A stretch of DNA of 64,000 nucleotides from Phenylobacterium sp. Lineage in GTDB: Bacteria; Pseudomonadota; Alphaproteobacteria; Caulobacterales; Caulobacteraceae. Positions 31,400 to 42,304 of the stretch are shown in pieces; the stretch's first letter is position 1, and every line of letters starts with the position of its first letter. The stretch lies in contig NZ_JAUSLG010000023.1 in NCBI RefSeq assembly GCF_030646615.1, positions 17,985 to 81,984 of the forward strand, in the 5' to 3' direction. A model generated the notes under the pieces. That model was not told the DNA's origin, did not search any database, and worked only from the letters and a program-made list of their open reading frames with translations. The translations under genes were made by a program, and so were the position numbers.

Positions 31400-31821
31400 A
31401 GTGAACTCCCTCATAGGCGCCCCGATGGCGCAGGACCTCTAAGCGCCCGCGGCCCCTCCCCGTTCCACCATTCCGGTCGAGCCGCATATTTTGCATATGC
31501 GACTGATTTCAGGTGTTTTCTCACGCTGGACTAGAGAAAGCCGATGGCTGAAGGTGACTATTCTTCACTATGAGGCCGCCGCCAATAACGCGCTTTCCAG
31601 CGCTGCGCTGGTCGTAAGGAGTTGATATCGCTACAGCGACAAAGGGGGTGGCATCTCCCGTCTAGGCCCATTCAAGTGCCGGGTGAAGGTGCGCCGCAAG
31701 CCGTTCTCAGCCACGCTCCTCTAGCCTTGGCCCCCTTGGTTACGGCAGGGAGGGGAGCATAAGCTTGACCCTCCAATCACGGCGGCAGACTTTTTCGACC
31801 GCGTTTCAATGATCGGCATCA

Positions 31822-32688
31822 ATGGATAGCGGTATCTTAAAGCTCTGCGCCTTCTGCGGCGTAACCTTAACAAACAAGAACATCAGCCGCGAACATCTAT
31901 GGGGCGATTGGCTACGGGACTACGTTCCACGTACATTCGTCCGAACGGAGCACATGGGCACCATCAGAATGGTGGTCGTGCACGAAGACGGGCGAACGGT
32001 ATCTCTGGAGCAGGTGGTTCGAGGCAAGCTGGATAGACCCGGCGATCCTCACGCCCAGCGACTTCGGATCGTGTGCCGGACCTGCAACAATGGCTGGATG
32101 AGTGTCATTCAAGAGCAAGCGAAGGCTCACCTAGTGCCATACACTCGGTGGGAATGGCCCAGTCTCTCACCCGAGAGCATCGAGCCTATATCGGCCTGGG
32201 CATGCCTATTCACGATGGTCTTAGAGTTTGCCCATATCGACACCATGGCGACTACGCCGGAGCAGCGCCGAGCGCTGATGCAAACCGGACGCCCCCCAGA
32301 CGATTGGGTTGTCTGGGCGGGGAGATTCAAAGGGACGCGTTGGCGGGGCTCGTTTAACCATTTTGGTTTAGGCGGCCTAGCTTGGCAGACATCTTCTCTA
32401 GAGCCCCCTCCAAGCGCCACCGCTTTGGCCCCCCTTCACACGGCACAGTCCACCGCCTTTTGTCTCGGCTCCCTCTTTTTGTTCACCTTCAGCACCAGGG
32501 GCCCACTTCAGGTGGACAGTGACAGGCTCGCCGCCTTCGCTGGTATCCGACGTATTTGGCCGAATAGGCACGTCGCTATCGAACCGCCAAATATCACACT
32601 AGATGATGTCAGCGCGGACCAAGTAAGTCGTCTCTGCCTTCCGCCAGCTTCGCGGCCGACCGTTAGGGCGGTCTGGGAAACCAGATAG
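31822..32688 (+). CDS. Orphan protein with an N-terminal HNH-like (CxxC...EH...CxxCN) zinc-finger nuclease signature and an unassigned C-terminal half
   Basis: The 288-aa ORF has C9-x2-C12, then R23-E24-H25 (ISREHLWGDWL), then C85-x2-C88-N89 (RIVCRTCNNGWMS). This is the cysteine/His/Asn arrangement of beta-beta-alpha-Me (HNH) nucleases. I recognise no motif in residues about 100-288. No obvious Shine-Dalgarno precedes the ATG. Confidence 0.6.
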   Translation: MDSGILKLCAFCGVTLTNKNISREHLWGDWLRDYVPRTFVRTEHMGTIRMVVVHEDGRTVSLEQVVRGKLDRPGDPHAQRLRIVCRTCNNGWMSVIQEQAKAHLVPYTRWEWPSLSPESIEPISAWACLFTMVLEFAHIDTMATTPEQRRALMQTGRPPDDWVVWAGRFKGTRWRGSFNHFGLGGLAWQTSSLEPPPSATALAPLHTAQSTAFCLGSLFLFTFSTRGPLQVDSDRLAAFAGIRRIWPNRHVAIEPPNITLDDVSADQVSRLCLPPASRPTVRAVWETR

Positions 32689-32756
32689 CGGACCCTGACA
32701 TCTCTCCTACCGATTGGGTTCTTCAAGTGCATTTCCTCTGCACAGGCCGGTGGTAT

Positions 32757-32765
32757 TGATCCCCA
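32757..32765 (+). promoter_or_regulatory. DnaA-box-like 9-mer TGATCCCCA upstream of hdaA
   Basis: The site has one mismatch to TGATCCACA-type boxes and lies 82-90 nt upstream of the hdaA ATG. A GANTC (GATTC) site sits at about 32802. Confidence 0.25.
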
Positions 32766-32846
32766 GGCTACTAGTGCCGCCGCGTCGACGGGTTGGGTCA
32801 AGCCTGATAGATTCGTTCGTGAAATGAGCTCCTTAGGACATGGACC

Positions 32847-33512
32847 ATGGCCCGGCAGCTTCGGCTGAAGCTTCGACGCCCGCCGTCCTATGACCGGGAC
32901 GCCTTCGCCACCGGCCCCTCCAACGCCGCCGCGCGCGCCGCCCTGGCCGCCTGGCCCCGCTGGCATGGGAGCGCCCTGGTGCTGGTGGGGGCCGAAGGGG
33001 TCGGCAAGACCCATCTGGCCAGTCTGTGGGCCGAGGATGTCGGCGCGATCCGGCTCGACCCCCTCGGCGGCGATCTGTCGGAAGGCGCGCCCGTCCTGAT
33101 TGAGGATGTCGACCAGGGGTTCGACGCCGAGTTCCTGTTTCACAGGATCAACATGGCCAGCCGCGCCGGCGCAGGCCTGCTGCTGACGGCCCGTACGGCT
33201 CCGGCCGGCTGGCCGACCGAGCTTCCCGACCTCCGCTCCCGCCTCAACGCCATTCAGGTGGCCGAGATCGAAGCTCCGGATGACGAGGTGCTCGAGGCGA
33301 TCCTTCGGCGACAGTTCGCCCGGTGCAACATCACGCCCCACGACGACGTCATCCCCTTCATCCTGCGCCGGATCGAGCGCTCGGCGCCGGCGGCCTGGGA
33401 CGTGGTCCGCCGCCTGGACGCCGCCTCCGGCGAAAGCCACAGGCCAGTGTCGCGGGTCCTGGCGCGGCAGGTTCTTGAAACCGACACCGAAAATCTTGAC
33501 CTTTTCGAGTGA
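32847..33512 (+). CDS. hdaA: DnaA regulatory inactivator HdaA
   Basis: The 221-aa ORF has a degenerate AAA+ P-loop ([18 protein letters not shown]), then [12 protein letters not shown]...[10 protein letters not shown], and a C-terminal DnaA-domain-III-like region. It sits next to ppk1-ppx, as in Caulobacter. Confidence 0.85.
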   Translation: MARQLRLKLRRPPSYDRDAFATGPSNAAARAALAAWPRWHGSALVLVGAEGVGKTHLASLWAEDVGAIRLDPLGGDLSEGAPVLIEDVDQGFDAEFLFHRINMASRAGAGLLLTARTAPAGWPTELPDLRSRLNAIQVAEIEAPDDEVLEAILRRQFARCNITPHDDVIPFILRRIERSAPAAWDVVRRLDAASGESHRPVSRVLARQVLETDTENLDLFE

Positions 33513-33568
33513 CCCTCAAGCCGGGATCAGCGAGGCTTGCGCGGTTCCCCGATCGTCGAGAGGCCCCC

Positions 33569-35782
33569 ATGTCCTATGTCGCGTCCCAACCGCCCGAAGG
33601 CGAACCCCAGACGGGGAAGGACCTGGCCTGGGACGCCGACATGGCCGCCTCGCGCGACCGGTTCTTCAACCGGGAGATTTCCTGGCTGGCCTTCAATGAG
33701 CGCGTGCTCTCAGAGAGCAAGAATCCCCGCCATCCCCTCCTGGAGCGGCTGCGGTTCCTGTCGATCTCGGCCAACAATCTCGACGAATTCTACATGGTGC
33801 GGGTGGCGGGCCTGAAGGCCCAGGTGCGCGAACGGGTGCGCTCCATCAGCCAGGATGGCCTGACCGCCGCCGAACAGCTGGAAAAGGTCAACGCCGAGGC
33901 CGCCATGCTGATGACCGACCAGCAGAACCGCTGGCGGGATCTGCGCCGGGAGCTGGCCGCCGAAGGCCTGCGCCTGGTGGAGGCCGACGAGGTCACCCCG
34001 GCCGAGCGCGCCAGCCTGGAGCAGGCCTTCCTCAGCCTGGTCTTCCCGATCCTGACTCCGCTGGCCATCGACCCGGCCCACCCCTTCCCGTTCATTCCCA
34101 ACCTCGCCTTCTCCCTGGCCCTGACCCTTCGTCGGGATTCCGATGGGCGCAAGTTCAACGCCCTGGTGCCGATTCCTGCCCAGGTGGCGCGGTTCTGGCA
34201 GCTTGAAGCGCCCCGGGGCGGGCGCAAGCCGGCCAAGCCGCAACGGCGCTCGATCTCGCTCGAGGGGATGGTCGCGCTCTTTGTCGATCACCTGTTTCCC
34301 GGCTGCGATGTCGAGGCCAGCGGGGTGTTCCGGTTGATCCGCGACTCCGACGTGGAGATCGAGGAAGAGGCCGAGGACCTGGTCCGCGAGTTCGAGGCCC
34401 GCCTGAAGCAGCGGCGCCTAGGCTCGGTCGTCCGGGTCGAGATCGAGCAGGCCATGCCCGAGAGCCTGCGCGGCTTCATCTGCGAAAACCTCAGCGCCCA
34501 GCCCGACGATGTCCTGCTGATCGATGGCCTGCTGGGTCTGGACGAGCTGTCGCAACTGATTCCGCCCGATCGTCCGGACCTGAAGTTCAAGCCGTTCACC
34601 GCCCGCTTTCCCGAGCGCATCCTCGACCACGGCGGCGACTGCTTTTCGGCGATCCGCGAAAAGGACATCCTGGTCCACCACCCCTTCGAGAGCTTCGACG
34701 TGGTGGTGCAGTTCGTCCGTCAGGCGGCGCGGGACCCGCACGTGCTGGCCATCAAGCAGACCCTTTACCGGACCTCATCGGACAGCCCGATCGTCGCAGC
34801 CCTGATCGAGGCGGCCGAAAACGGCAAGAACGTCACCGCCGTCATCGAGATCAAGGCGCGGTTTGACGAGGAGGCCAATCTGAAATGGGCCCGGGATCTG
34901 GAAAGGGCCGGCGTCCACGTGGTCTTCGGTTTCGTGGAGTACAAGACCCACGCCAAGCTCTCAGTGGTGGTCCGTCGCGAGGGGGACCAGGTGCGCACCT
35001 ACTGCCACTACGGCACGGGCAATTATCACCCGGTGACGGCGCGGATCTATACGGACCTCTCCCTGTTCACCACCGACCCGGCCCTGGCGCGGGATTCCTC
35101 GCGGGTGTTCAACTTCATCACCGGCTACGCCCGGCCGACCCAGCTGGAGAAGCTGTCCTTCTCGCCTGTGACCATGAAGCACGACCTGATCGCCCTGATC
35201 GAACAGGAAGCGGCCAACGCCAAGGCGGGAAAGCCGGCGGCCATCTGGGCCAAGATGAACGCCCTGGTGGATCCCGAGGTCATCGACGCCCTCTATGCCG
35301 CCAGCCAGAACGGCGTCTCCATCGATCTCGTCATCCGCGGCATCTGCTGCCTGCGCCCAGGCGTGCCAGGCCTGTCGGAGAATATCCGGGTCAAGAGCAT
35401 CGTCGGCCGCTTCCTGGAGCACTCCCGGATCGTGGCCTTCGCCAATGGCCAGACCATGCCGTCGAGCAAGGCGCGGGTCTTCATCTCGTCGGCCGACTGG
35501 ATGCCGCGCAACCTCGACCGCCGGGTCGAGAGCCTGGTGCCGGTGGAGAACCCGACGGTTCACCAGCAGGTGCTGCAGCAGATCATGGTCGCCAACCTGA
35601 AGGATGAAGCCCAGAGCTGGACGCTGGACGCTTCGGGGCGCTACACCCGCGATCCGAACTGGGACCATCCCAGCGCCTTTTCCGCGCACGAGTACTTCAT
35701 GACCAATCCAAGCCTGTCGGGCCGGGGACAACGTGTGAAGGATATGCCGCGCGCGATCGACCATGTCGCCGCACGAAGCTAG
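33569..35782 (+). CDS. ppk1: Polyphosphate kinase 1
   Basis: [51 protein letters not shown]... and the two PLD-like domains ([22 protein letters not shown]) match PPK1. The start is set at the ATG at 33569. Confidence 0.94.
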   Translation: MSYVASQPPEGEPQTGKDLAWDADMAASRDRFFNREISWLAFNERVLSESKNPRHPLLERLRFLSISANNLDEFYMVRVAGLKAQVRERVRSISQDGLTAAEQLEKVNAEAAMLMTDQQNRWRDLRRELAAEGLRLVEADEVTPAERASLEQAFLSLVFPILTPLAIDPAHPFPFIPNLAFSLALTLRRDSDGRKFNALVPIPAQVARFWQLEAPRGGRKPAKPQRRSISLEGMVALFVDHLFPGCDVEASGVFRLIRDSDVEIEEEAEDLVREFEARLKQRRLGSVVRVEIEQAMPESLRGFICENLSAQPDDVLLIDGLLGLDELSQLIPPDRPDLKFKPFTARFPERILDHGGDCFSAIREKDILVHHPFESFDVVVQFVRQAARDPHVLAIKQTLYRTSSDSPIVAALIEAAENGKNVTAVIEIKARFDEEANLKWARDLERAGVHVVFGFVEYKTHAKLSVVVRREGDQVRTYCHYGTGNYHPVTARIYTDLSLFTTDPALARDSSRVFNFITGYARPTQLEKLSFSPVTMKHDLIALIEQEAANAKAGKPAAIWAKMNALVDPEVIDALYAASQNGVSIDLVIRGICCLRPGVPGLSENIRVKSIVGRFLEHSRIVAFANGQTMPSSKARVFISSADWMPRNLDRRVESLVPVENPTVHQQVLQQIMVANLKDEAQSWTLDASGRYTRDPNWDHPSAFSAHEYFMTNPSLSGRGQRVKDMPRAIDHVAARS

Positions 35783-37265
35783 GCCTGAGAGCCGCCAGGC
35801 GGCGGTCATCGACGTCGGCTCCAACTCCGTCCGTCTGGTGATCTACCGGTTGGAAGGCCGCGCGATCTGGACCGTCTACAACGAAAAAGCCCTGGCGGGG
35901 CTCGGCCGCGAGTTGGCCGAGACCGGTCGGCTGGCCCCCGACGGGGTCGAGATCGCCCTGAGCGCCCTGCGCAGGTTCCGCGCCATCCTCCAGGGCTGGG
36001 AGCCGCACGAGATCGTTGCGGTGGCCACAGCCGCGGTCCGCGAGGCTGAGGACGGTCCCGCCTTCGCCGAGCGCCTGCGCGGCGAACTCGGCCTGCCGCT
36101 GCGGGTGCTTTCGGGGGAGGAAGAAGCCTATTTCGCCGCCGCCGGCGTGCTGGCGGGCCATCCCGGCGCCCGCGGCCTGGCGGGCGACCTTGGCGGCTCC
36201 AGCCTGGAGCTGGTGCGACTGGGCCAGGATGGGCCTGAGCCGGGGGTGACCCTGCCGCTAGGACCCTTCGCCCTGGGGGCGCCGCGGCCATTGGCGGTGG
36301 ATGACGCCCGGCGATTGATTGACGCCAGCCTCGACCCCCTGGCCGACGGCCTCAACTGCGCGGAGTTCCATGCGGTCGGCGGCGCCTGGCGCAACCTGGG
36401 CCTGCTGCACATGATCATGACGGACTATCCCCTGCGGGTGGCCCATCAGTATGAGATGTCCCGCTCGGAGGCCCTCGATCTGAGCCGCTTCGTGGTCCGA
36501 CAATCGCGCACCTCGCTGGAGCGGATCGAGGGACTGTCGAAGAAGCGCTACGAAACCCTGCCCTATGCCGCCCTGGTGCTGGAGTCCCTGATCGAGCGCC
36601 TGGGCTTGGAGCGGATCGTGATTTCCGCCTTTGGCCTGCGTGAGGGCCTGCTCTGGCACGGCATGGAAGAATCGATCCGCCGGCGAGACCCACTGCTGGA
36701 GGGATGCGTGGCCATGAGCGCCATGCGTGGTCTGTCGGCGGGCGATCTCACCAGCGCCCTGCACGCCTGGTTGACGCCGGCCCTGCGCGCCCTGCCGCCG
36801 GTCTTCGGGGATCGAGATCCGCTCCTGATCGCCGCGGCCTGCCGGCTGGCCGATCTCGGCGGCCGCCTGCACCCCGACCATCGGGCGGAGCTGGCCTTCG
36901 CCCAGGTCCTGAGGGCGCCCATCGCCGGAATGAGTCATGCCGAGCGATGCTTCCTGGCCTTGGCGACCTTCGCCCGCCATTCCGCCTCCAGCAACATCCC
37001 GGAGTCCGCCACCATCATGCGGGTTCTGAGCGCCGAGCGGCGCGCCAGGGCCCGGGCCTTGGGGGCCGCCCTGCGGCTGGGCGCCGACCTCTCGGGCCGC
37101 AACGGCCAGCTCCTGTCCGAGGCGGCGCTGGAGATCGACGGGCCGGTCCTGCGCCTGACGGCGACTCCCGGCTGGTCCGACCTCCTGCTGGGGGAGCAGA
37201 CACGAAAAAGGGCGGCGACCCTGGCCGCCGCCCTGAAACTCAAGCTCGAACTGGACGCGCTCTAG
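35763..37265 (+). CDS. ppx: Exopolyphosphatase (Ppx/GppA family)
   Basis: [20 protein letters not shown]...[10 protein letters not shown]...[13 protein letters not shown]...DLGGSSLEL is the ASKHA-fold Ppx/GppA pattern. The gene overlaps ppk1 by 20 nt. Confidence 0.88.
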   Translation: MSPHEARPESRQAAVIDVGSNSVRLVIYRLEGRAIWTVYNEKALAGLGRELAETGRLAPDGVEIALSALRRFRAILQGWEPHEIVAVATAAVREAEDGPAFAERLRGELGLPLRVLSGEEEAYFAAAGVLAGHPGARGLAGDLGGSSLELVRLGQDGPEPGVTLPLGPFALGAPRPLAVDDARRLIDASLDPLADGLNCAEFHAVGGAWRNLGLLHMIMTDYPLRVAHQYEMSRSEALDLSRFVVRQSRTSLERIEGLSKKRYETLPYAALVLESLIERLGLERIVISAFGLREGLLWHGMEESIRRRDPLLEGCVAMSAMRGLSAGDLTSALHAWLTPALRALPPVFGDRDPLLIAAACRLADLGGRLHPDHRAELAFAQVLRAPIAGMSHAERCFLALATFARHSASSNIPESATIMRVLSAERRARARALGAALRLGADLSGRNGQLLSEAALEIDGPVLRLTATPGWSDLLLGEQTRKRAATLAAALKLKLELDAL

Positions 37266-38434
37266 CTGGAGGCGCGGGGCGCCCGGCGGACCTCGACGAC
37301 CCGCACGCGGGCGCCGTCGAGCACCAGGGCCAGCTCGCCGCGCTTCACCCGCAGGGCGTCTTCGCCAAAGGCCTCCCGTCGCCAGCCCTGCAGAGCCGGC
37401 GTCTCGGCCTCGTCGTCATTGGCGATCTGCTCCAGGTCGGAGACCGTGGCGATCAGCTTTGAGGCCACCCCAGCATCCTCGGCCCGGGCCTTGAGCAGCA
37501 CCTTGAGCAGTTCGACCACGGCGCCGGCGGCCGGCGAATTCGCGCTGCGGGCGCGCTCGACCTGGGGCGCGTTCGCCTCGGGGTTCTTCAGCCCCTCCCG
37601 GATGGCTTCCAGAAGGTCAGGCCCAAACTTGGAGCCGGAGAAGCCCTTGGGCACAGAACGGAGTCGATCGAGGCCCGCCGCGTCGGTCGGGGCCTGGGTC
37701 GCCACCTCGTCGATGGCGTCGTCCTTCAGGATGCGGCCCCGGGGCTGGTCGCGGCTCTGGGCCGTGCGCTCGCGCCAGGCGGCCACGGCCTTGTAGACCG
37801 ACAGGTACTTGGAGGTGTGTCGGCGCGGTTTCAGCCGCTTCCAGGCGTTTTCCGGCTCGACGTCGTAATTGGCCGGGTCGGTCAGGGCCTGCATCTCGTC
37901 GGTCACCCAGACCAGCCGTCCCTCCTTCTCCAGCCGCGCGCGCAGCATCGGATAGAGCTTGGCCAGGTGGGTCACGTCGGCCAGAGCATAGGTCAGCTGC
38001 GACTCCGCCAGGGGGCGCCTTGCCCAGTCGGTGAAGCGGCTCGACTTGTCGAGCTCGATCTTCAGCATCTGGCGTACCAGGGCGTCATAGGCGATCTGTT
38101 CGCCGAACCCGGCGGCCATCCCGGCCACCTGGGTGTCGAACAGGGGCCTGGGCATGGCCTTCAGGTTGTTGAAAATCTCCACGTCCTGTCGGGCGGCGTG
38201 AAAGACCTTGAGAATGGTCTCGTCCCGCATGATTTCCAGGAACGGCTCGAGGTCCATACCCTCGGCCATCGGGTCGATGACCGCCTCATCGCTGGGGGTC
38301 GCGGCCTGGATCAGGCAGAGCTTGGGCCAGTAGGTGGTCTCGCGCATGAACTCGGTGTCTACGGCGACGAAGGGCTGGCCTTTCAGTCTGTCGCAGAACG
38401 CCGCGAGTTCGGCGGTGGTTGTAATCGGCGTCAT
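37262..38434 (-). CDS. rnd: Ribonuclease D
   Basis: FVAVDTEFMRETTYWPKLCLIQ...VFHAARQDVEIF...YALADVTHL gives the DEDDy 3'-5' exonuclease motifs, followed by an HRDC region. Confidence 0.88.
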   Translation of the reverse strand: MTPITTTAELAAFCDRLKGQPFVAVDTEFMRETTYWPKLCLIQAATPSDEAVIDPMAEGMDLEPFLEIMRDETILKVFHAARQDVEIFNNLKAMPRPLFDTQVAGMAAGFGEQIAYDALVRQMLKIELDKSSRFTDWARRPLAESQLTYALADVTHLAKLYPMLRARLEKEGRLVWVTDEMQALTDPANYDVEPENAWKRLKPRRHTSKYLSVYKAVAAWRERTAQSRDQPRGRILKDDAIDEVATQAPTDAAGLDRLRSVPKGFSGSKFGPDLLEAIREGLKNPEANAPQVERARSANSPAAGAVVELLKVLLKARAEDAGVASKLIATVSDLEQIANDDEAETPALQGWRREAFGEDALRVKRGELALVLDGARVRVVEVRRAPRASS

Positions 38435-38531
38435 CCCGTAGCTATAGCCTCGCGCGCGACCGAGTCTGCAAGCGCCCGATGCATGGGCGCATCAATTTCT
38501 TTCCGCCCCCGAAGGGGCCAGGGCATACGAA

Positions 38532-39557
<1,026 letters not shown>

Positions 39558-39582
39558 GCCACGCGGTCAACGTCCGCCCACG

Positions 39583-39621
39583 AAAAAGGGCCGCAGCGGT
39601 CAAGCTGCGGCCCTTTCTGTT
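39583..39621. terminator. Bidirectional rho-independent terminator between convergent purM and ndk
   Basis: AAAAA-GGGCCGCAGC-GGTCAA-GCTGCGGCCC-TTTCTGTT forms a perfect 10-bp GC-rich stem flanked by an A-run and a T-run. Confidence 0.75.
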
Positions 39622-39638
39622 ATCCGATGTCAGGCCGA

Positions 39639-40058
39639 TCAGCCGACGATCTGGTCTTCGGTGAAGAACTGGGCGATTTCCAGCTTGGCGTTGTCCTGGC
39701 TGTCGGAGCCATGGACCGAGTTTTCGCCGACATTCTTGGCGAACAGCTTGCGGATGGTGCCCTCGGCGGCCTGTTCAGGGTTCGTCGCGCCCATGATCTC
39801 GCGATACTTGGCCACGGCGTTTTCGCCTTCCAGCACCTGGACCACCACGGGGGCCGAGGTCATCTGACCGACCAGCTCGCCATAGAACGGGCGTTCCTTG
39901 TGGACCTCATAGAAGGTCTTGGCCTGCTCTTCGGTCATGCGAATGCGGCGTTGGGCGACGATGCGCAGGCCGGCGTCTTCGATCACCGCATTGATCTTGC
40001 CGGTCAGGTTCCGCTCGGTCGCGTCCGGCTTGAGGATCGAGAAGGTGCGTTCGGTCAT
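39639..40058 (-). CDS. ndk: Nucleoside-diphosphate kinase
   Basis: [38 protein letters not shown]...NSVHGSDS matches NDK (139 aa). The start is trimmed to the ATG at 40058. Confidence 0.96.
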   Translation of the reverse strand: MTERTFSILKPDATERNLTGKINAVIEDAGLRIVAQRRIRMTEEQAKTFYEVHKERPFYGELVGQMTSAPVVVQVLEGENAVAKYREIMGATNPEQAAEGTIRKLFAKNVGENSVHGSDSQDNAKLEIAQFFTEDQIVG

Positions 40059-40336
40059 GAGATTTTTCTTCAGGAATGGGGTCTTGGGGCGGGACTTCGC
40101 CCAGAGGCGCGCGTGTATAGCGCCCCGTCCGGCGCGCGCCAAGCCGCGCCAAGCCGCAGAGGGGCGATACCCCCTGACGGGGAAGACCAGGTCTGCTATG
40201 AGCGCGCCACGGTCGGGATGGCGGCGGCGCAAGATCTCGAAACTCCCGGCCCCTCCCCCCTGTGACGGCGAGCCCGCCTGCGTGCGAGCGGCCGCGCGCA
40301 ATCTCGCCTGCCTCTTATTGTTGTGCCCTGACGCCC

Positions 40337-42220
40337 ATGCTGCAAATTCACGAACTGGTCTTCGACGCCTGGGGCCGCCGCTTCTTCGACGGCGCCACGG
40401 TCAGCCTGCCCCGCAACGCCAAGGTCGGCCTGGTGGGCCGCAACGGCGTGGGCAAGTCGACCCTGTTCAAGCTGATCAAGGGGGAGCTCGTCCTGGGCTC
40501 CGGCGAGATCAGCCTGCCCAAGGGCGCGCGCCTGGGTTCGGTGGACCAGGAGCATCCGGCGACGCCGGTGTCACTGATCGACACCGTCCTGGCCGCCGAT
40601 GAGATCCGCCACGGCCTGCTGGCTGACCTCGAAACCGCTGAACCCGAGCAGATGGGCGAAATCTATGCCCGCCTGATCGAGATCGACGCCGACCGCGCGC
40701 CCTCGCGGGCGGCCGAAATCCTCGCCGGCCTCGGCTTTTCCACCGAGGATCTGGAGCGGCCGATGTCGGAGTTTTCCGGCGGCTGGCGGATGCGGGTGGC
40801 CCTGGCGGCGGCCCTGTTCTCCGAACCCGATATGCTGCTGCTGGATGAGCCGACCAACTATCTCGATCTGGAAGGCGCGCTCTGGCTGGAGGCGCGGCTG
40901 CGGGTCTATCCCTACAACGCCCTGATCATCAGCCACGACCGCGAGTTGCTGAACAACTCCATCGACCACACCCTGCATCTCGCCGACGGCAAGCTGACCC
41001 TCTATGCCGGCGGCTACGACGCCTTCGAGACCCAGCGGGCCGAGAAGGCGCGGCTGCAGGAGGCCATGCGCTCGAAGATCGAGGCCAAGCGGGCGCACAT
41101 GCAGTCCTTCGTCGACCGCTTCCGGGCCACGGCCAGTAAGGCGACGCAGGCCCAGTCGCGCCTGAAGGCCCTGGCCAAGCTGCCGGTGATCGATTCCATC
41201 GACAGCGAGAGCGTCGCCCCCTTCACCCTGCCCTCGCCGGAACGCCCCCTGGCCCCGCCCCTGGTGCGGATGGAAGGGGTCAGCGTCGGCTATGGCGGTC
41301 CGCCCATCCTGCGCGACCTGAACCTGCGGTTGGATGTCGATGACCGCATCGGCCTGCTGGGCGTCAACGGCGCGGGCAAGTCCACCTTCGCCAAGATGGT
41401 GGCCGAGGCCCTGGCCATCGAGCATGGCCACCTGCACCGGGACCGTCGCATGCGGGTGGGGTGGTTCCACCAGCACCAGATCGAGGCGATGGACCCGACC
41501 GATACGCCGCTGGACATCATCCGCCGCGCCATGCCCGAGGCGTCGGAGGCCTCCCGGCGCTCAAAGCTCGCCCAATACGGCTTCAACCGCGACAAGGTGG
41601 AGACCACGGTCGCCGACCTGTCCGGCGGCGAGCGGGCGCGGCTGTTGCTGAACATGGTCGCGGCCGAAGCGCCGCACCTGCTGATCCTCGATGAGCCGAC
41701 CAACCACCTGGACATCGATTCGCGCCGCGCCCTGCTGGAGGCGTTGAACGACTTCGCCGGCGCCGTGATCCTGATCACCCACGACCGCTCGCTGATGGAG
41801 ATGGTCGCCGACCGTCTGTGGCTGGCGGCTGACGGCACCATCGCGCCCTTCGAAGGCGATCTGGAGGACTATTCCCGCTATGTGATCGAACGGGCCAAGG
41901 CCCGCGTCCGGGCGCCGACCCAGGTGCGCGATGAAGCGCCCGCCCCTGCCCCGCCGCCCCCGCCGCCGGCCCGCAAGGCGCCGACCGGCAATGCGCGCCG
42001 CCGCGCCGAGGCGGCCGAAGCCGCCCTGGCGAGGGCCACAGAGGCCGTCGCCCAGATCGACAGGCGGCTGAGCGACCCCGACGTCTTCGCCCAGAATCCG
42101 GACAAGGCTGTCGCCCTGGGCCGGGAGCGTGACGCCGCCCAGGCCAAGTTGGAGGCGGCCGAAGCCGAATGGATGGCCGCCGTCGAGGCCTATGAGGCCT
42201 TGAAGGCCGGCGTGGGCTAG
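40337..42220 (+). CDS. ABC-F family ATPase (two ABC domains, no TM domain, Ala/Pro-rich C-terminal coiled tail)
   Basis: There are two Walker A motifs ([18 protein letters not shown]), two signature motifs ([21 protein letters not shown]) and two Walker B motifs ([22 protein letters not shown]). Confidence 0.9.
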   Translation: MLQIHELVFDAWGRRFFDGATVSLPRNAKVGLVGRNGVGKSTLFKLIKGELVLGSGEISLPKGARLGSVDQEHPATPVSLIDTVLAADEIRHGLLADLETAEPEQMGEIYARLIEIDADRAPSRAAEILAGLGFSTEDLERPMSEFSGGWRMRVALAAALFSEPDMLLLDEPTNYLDLEGALWLEARLRVYPYNALIISHDRELLNNSIDHTLHLADGKLTLYAGGYDAFETQRAEKARLQEAMRSKIEAKRAHMQSFVDRFRATASKATQAQSRLKALAKLPVIDSIDSESVAPFTLPSPERPLAPPLVRMEGVSVGYGGPPILRDLNLRLDVDDRIGLLGVNGAGKSTFAKMVAEALAIEHGHLHRDRRMRVGWFHQHQIEAMDPTDTPLDIIRRAMPEASEASRRSKLAQYGFNRDKVETTVADLSGGERARLLLNMVAAEAPHLLILDEPTNHLDIDSRRALLEALNDFAGAVILITHDRSLMEMVADRLWLAADGTIAPFEGDLEDYSRYVIERAKARVRAPTQVRDEAPAPAPPPPPPARKAPTGNARRRAEAAEAALARATEAVAQIDRRLSDPDVFAQNPDKAVALGRERDAAQAKLEAAEAEWMAAVEAYEALKAGVG

Positions 42221-42304
42221 GGTGACCCCAGGTTGTTGGGTGGGCGATTCACCCGAGGCCTTTTCAGCTTTGTTCACTCCCCAAGGCCTAGGTTCAGGCT
42301 CACC

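Larger units (their letters stand above)
31440..32846. other. AT-richer islet, a putative horizontally acquired insert between dodecin and hdaA
   Basis: The composition shifts visibly relative to the flanks, with runs such as catattttgcatatgc, ttcaggtgttttctc and cttaaagctc. The single ORF uses TTA, AAA, ACA, ATA and CTA codons that the flanking genes largely avoid. I found no integrase, tRNA or long terminal repeat. Confidence 0.55.

Noticed and set aside
31497-31625. A 42-aa ORF (MRLISGVFSRWTRESRWLKVTILHYEAAANNALSSAALVVRS) in the islet leader, considered as a possible antitoxin or regulator.
   Set aside because: It has no Shine-Dalgarno and no recognisable fold or motif, and it is short enough to occur by chance in AT-richer DNA. 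I keep it only as something to check with conservation data.
31671-32730. The shared 9-mer TTCAAGTGC on both sides of the HNH-like ORF (31671-31679 and 32722-32730), considered as possible target-site or att repeats.
   Set aside because: A single 9-mer match between flanks of about 400 nt and about 160 nt is roughly what chance allows. The surrounding bases do not extend the match.
32508-33440. A 310-aa minus-strand ORF crossing the islet/hdaA boundary.
   Set aside because: It lies antisense to hdaA and to the 3' end of the HNH-like ORF, and its composition is shadow-like.
40137-40156. A perfect tandem duplication CGCCAAGCCG x2 in the 278-nt ndk / ABC-F intergenic region.
   Set aside because: It is a two-unit GC-rich microduplication, not part of an array and with no associated structure. 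It is likely replication slippage.
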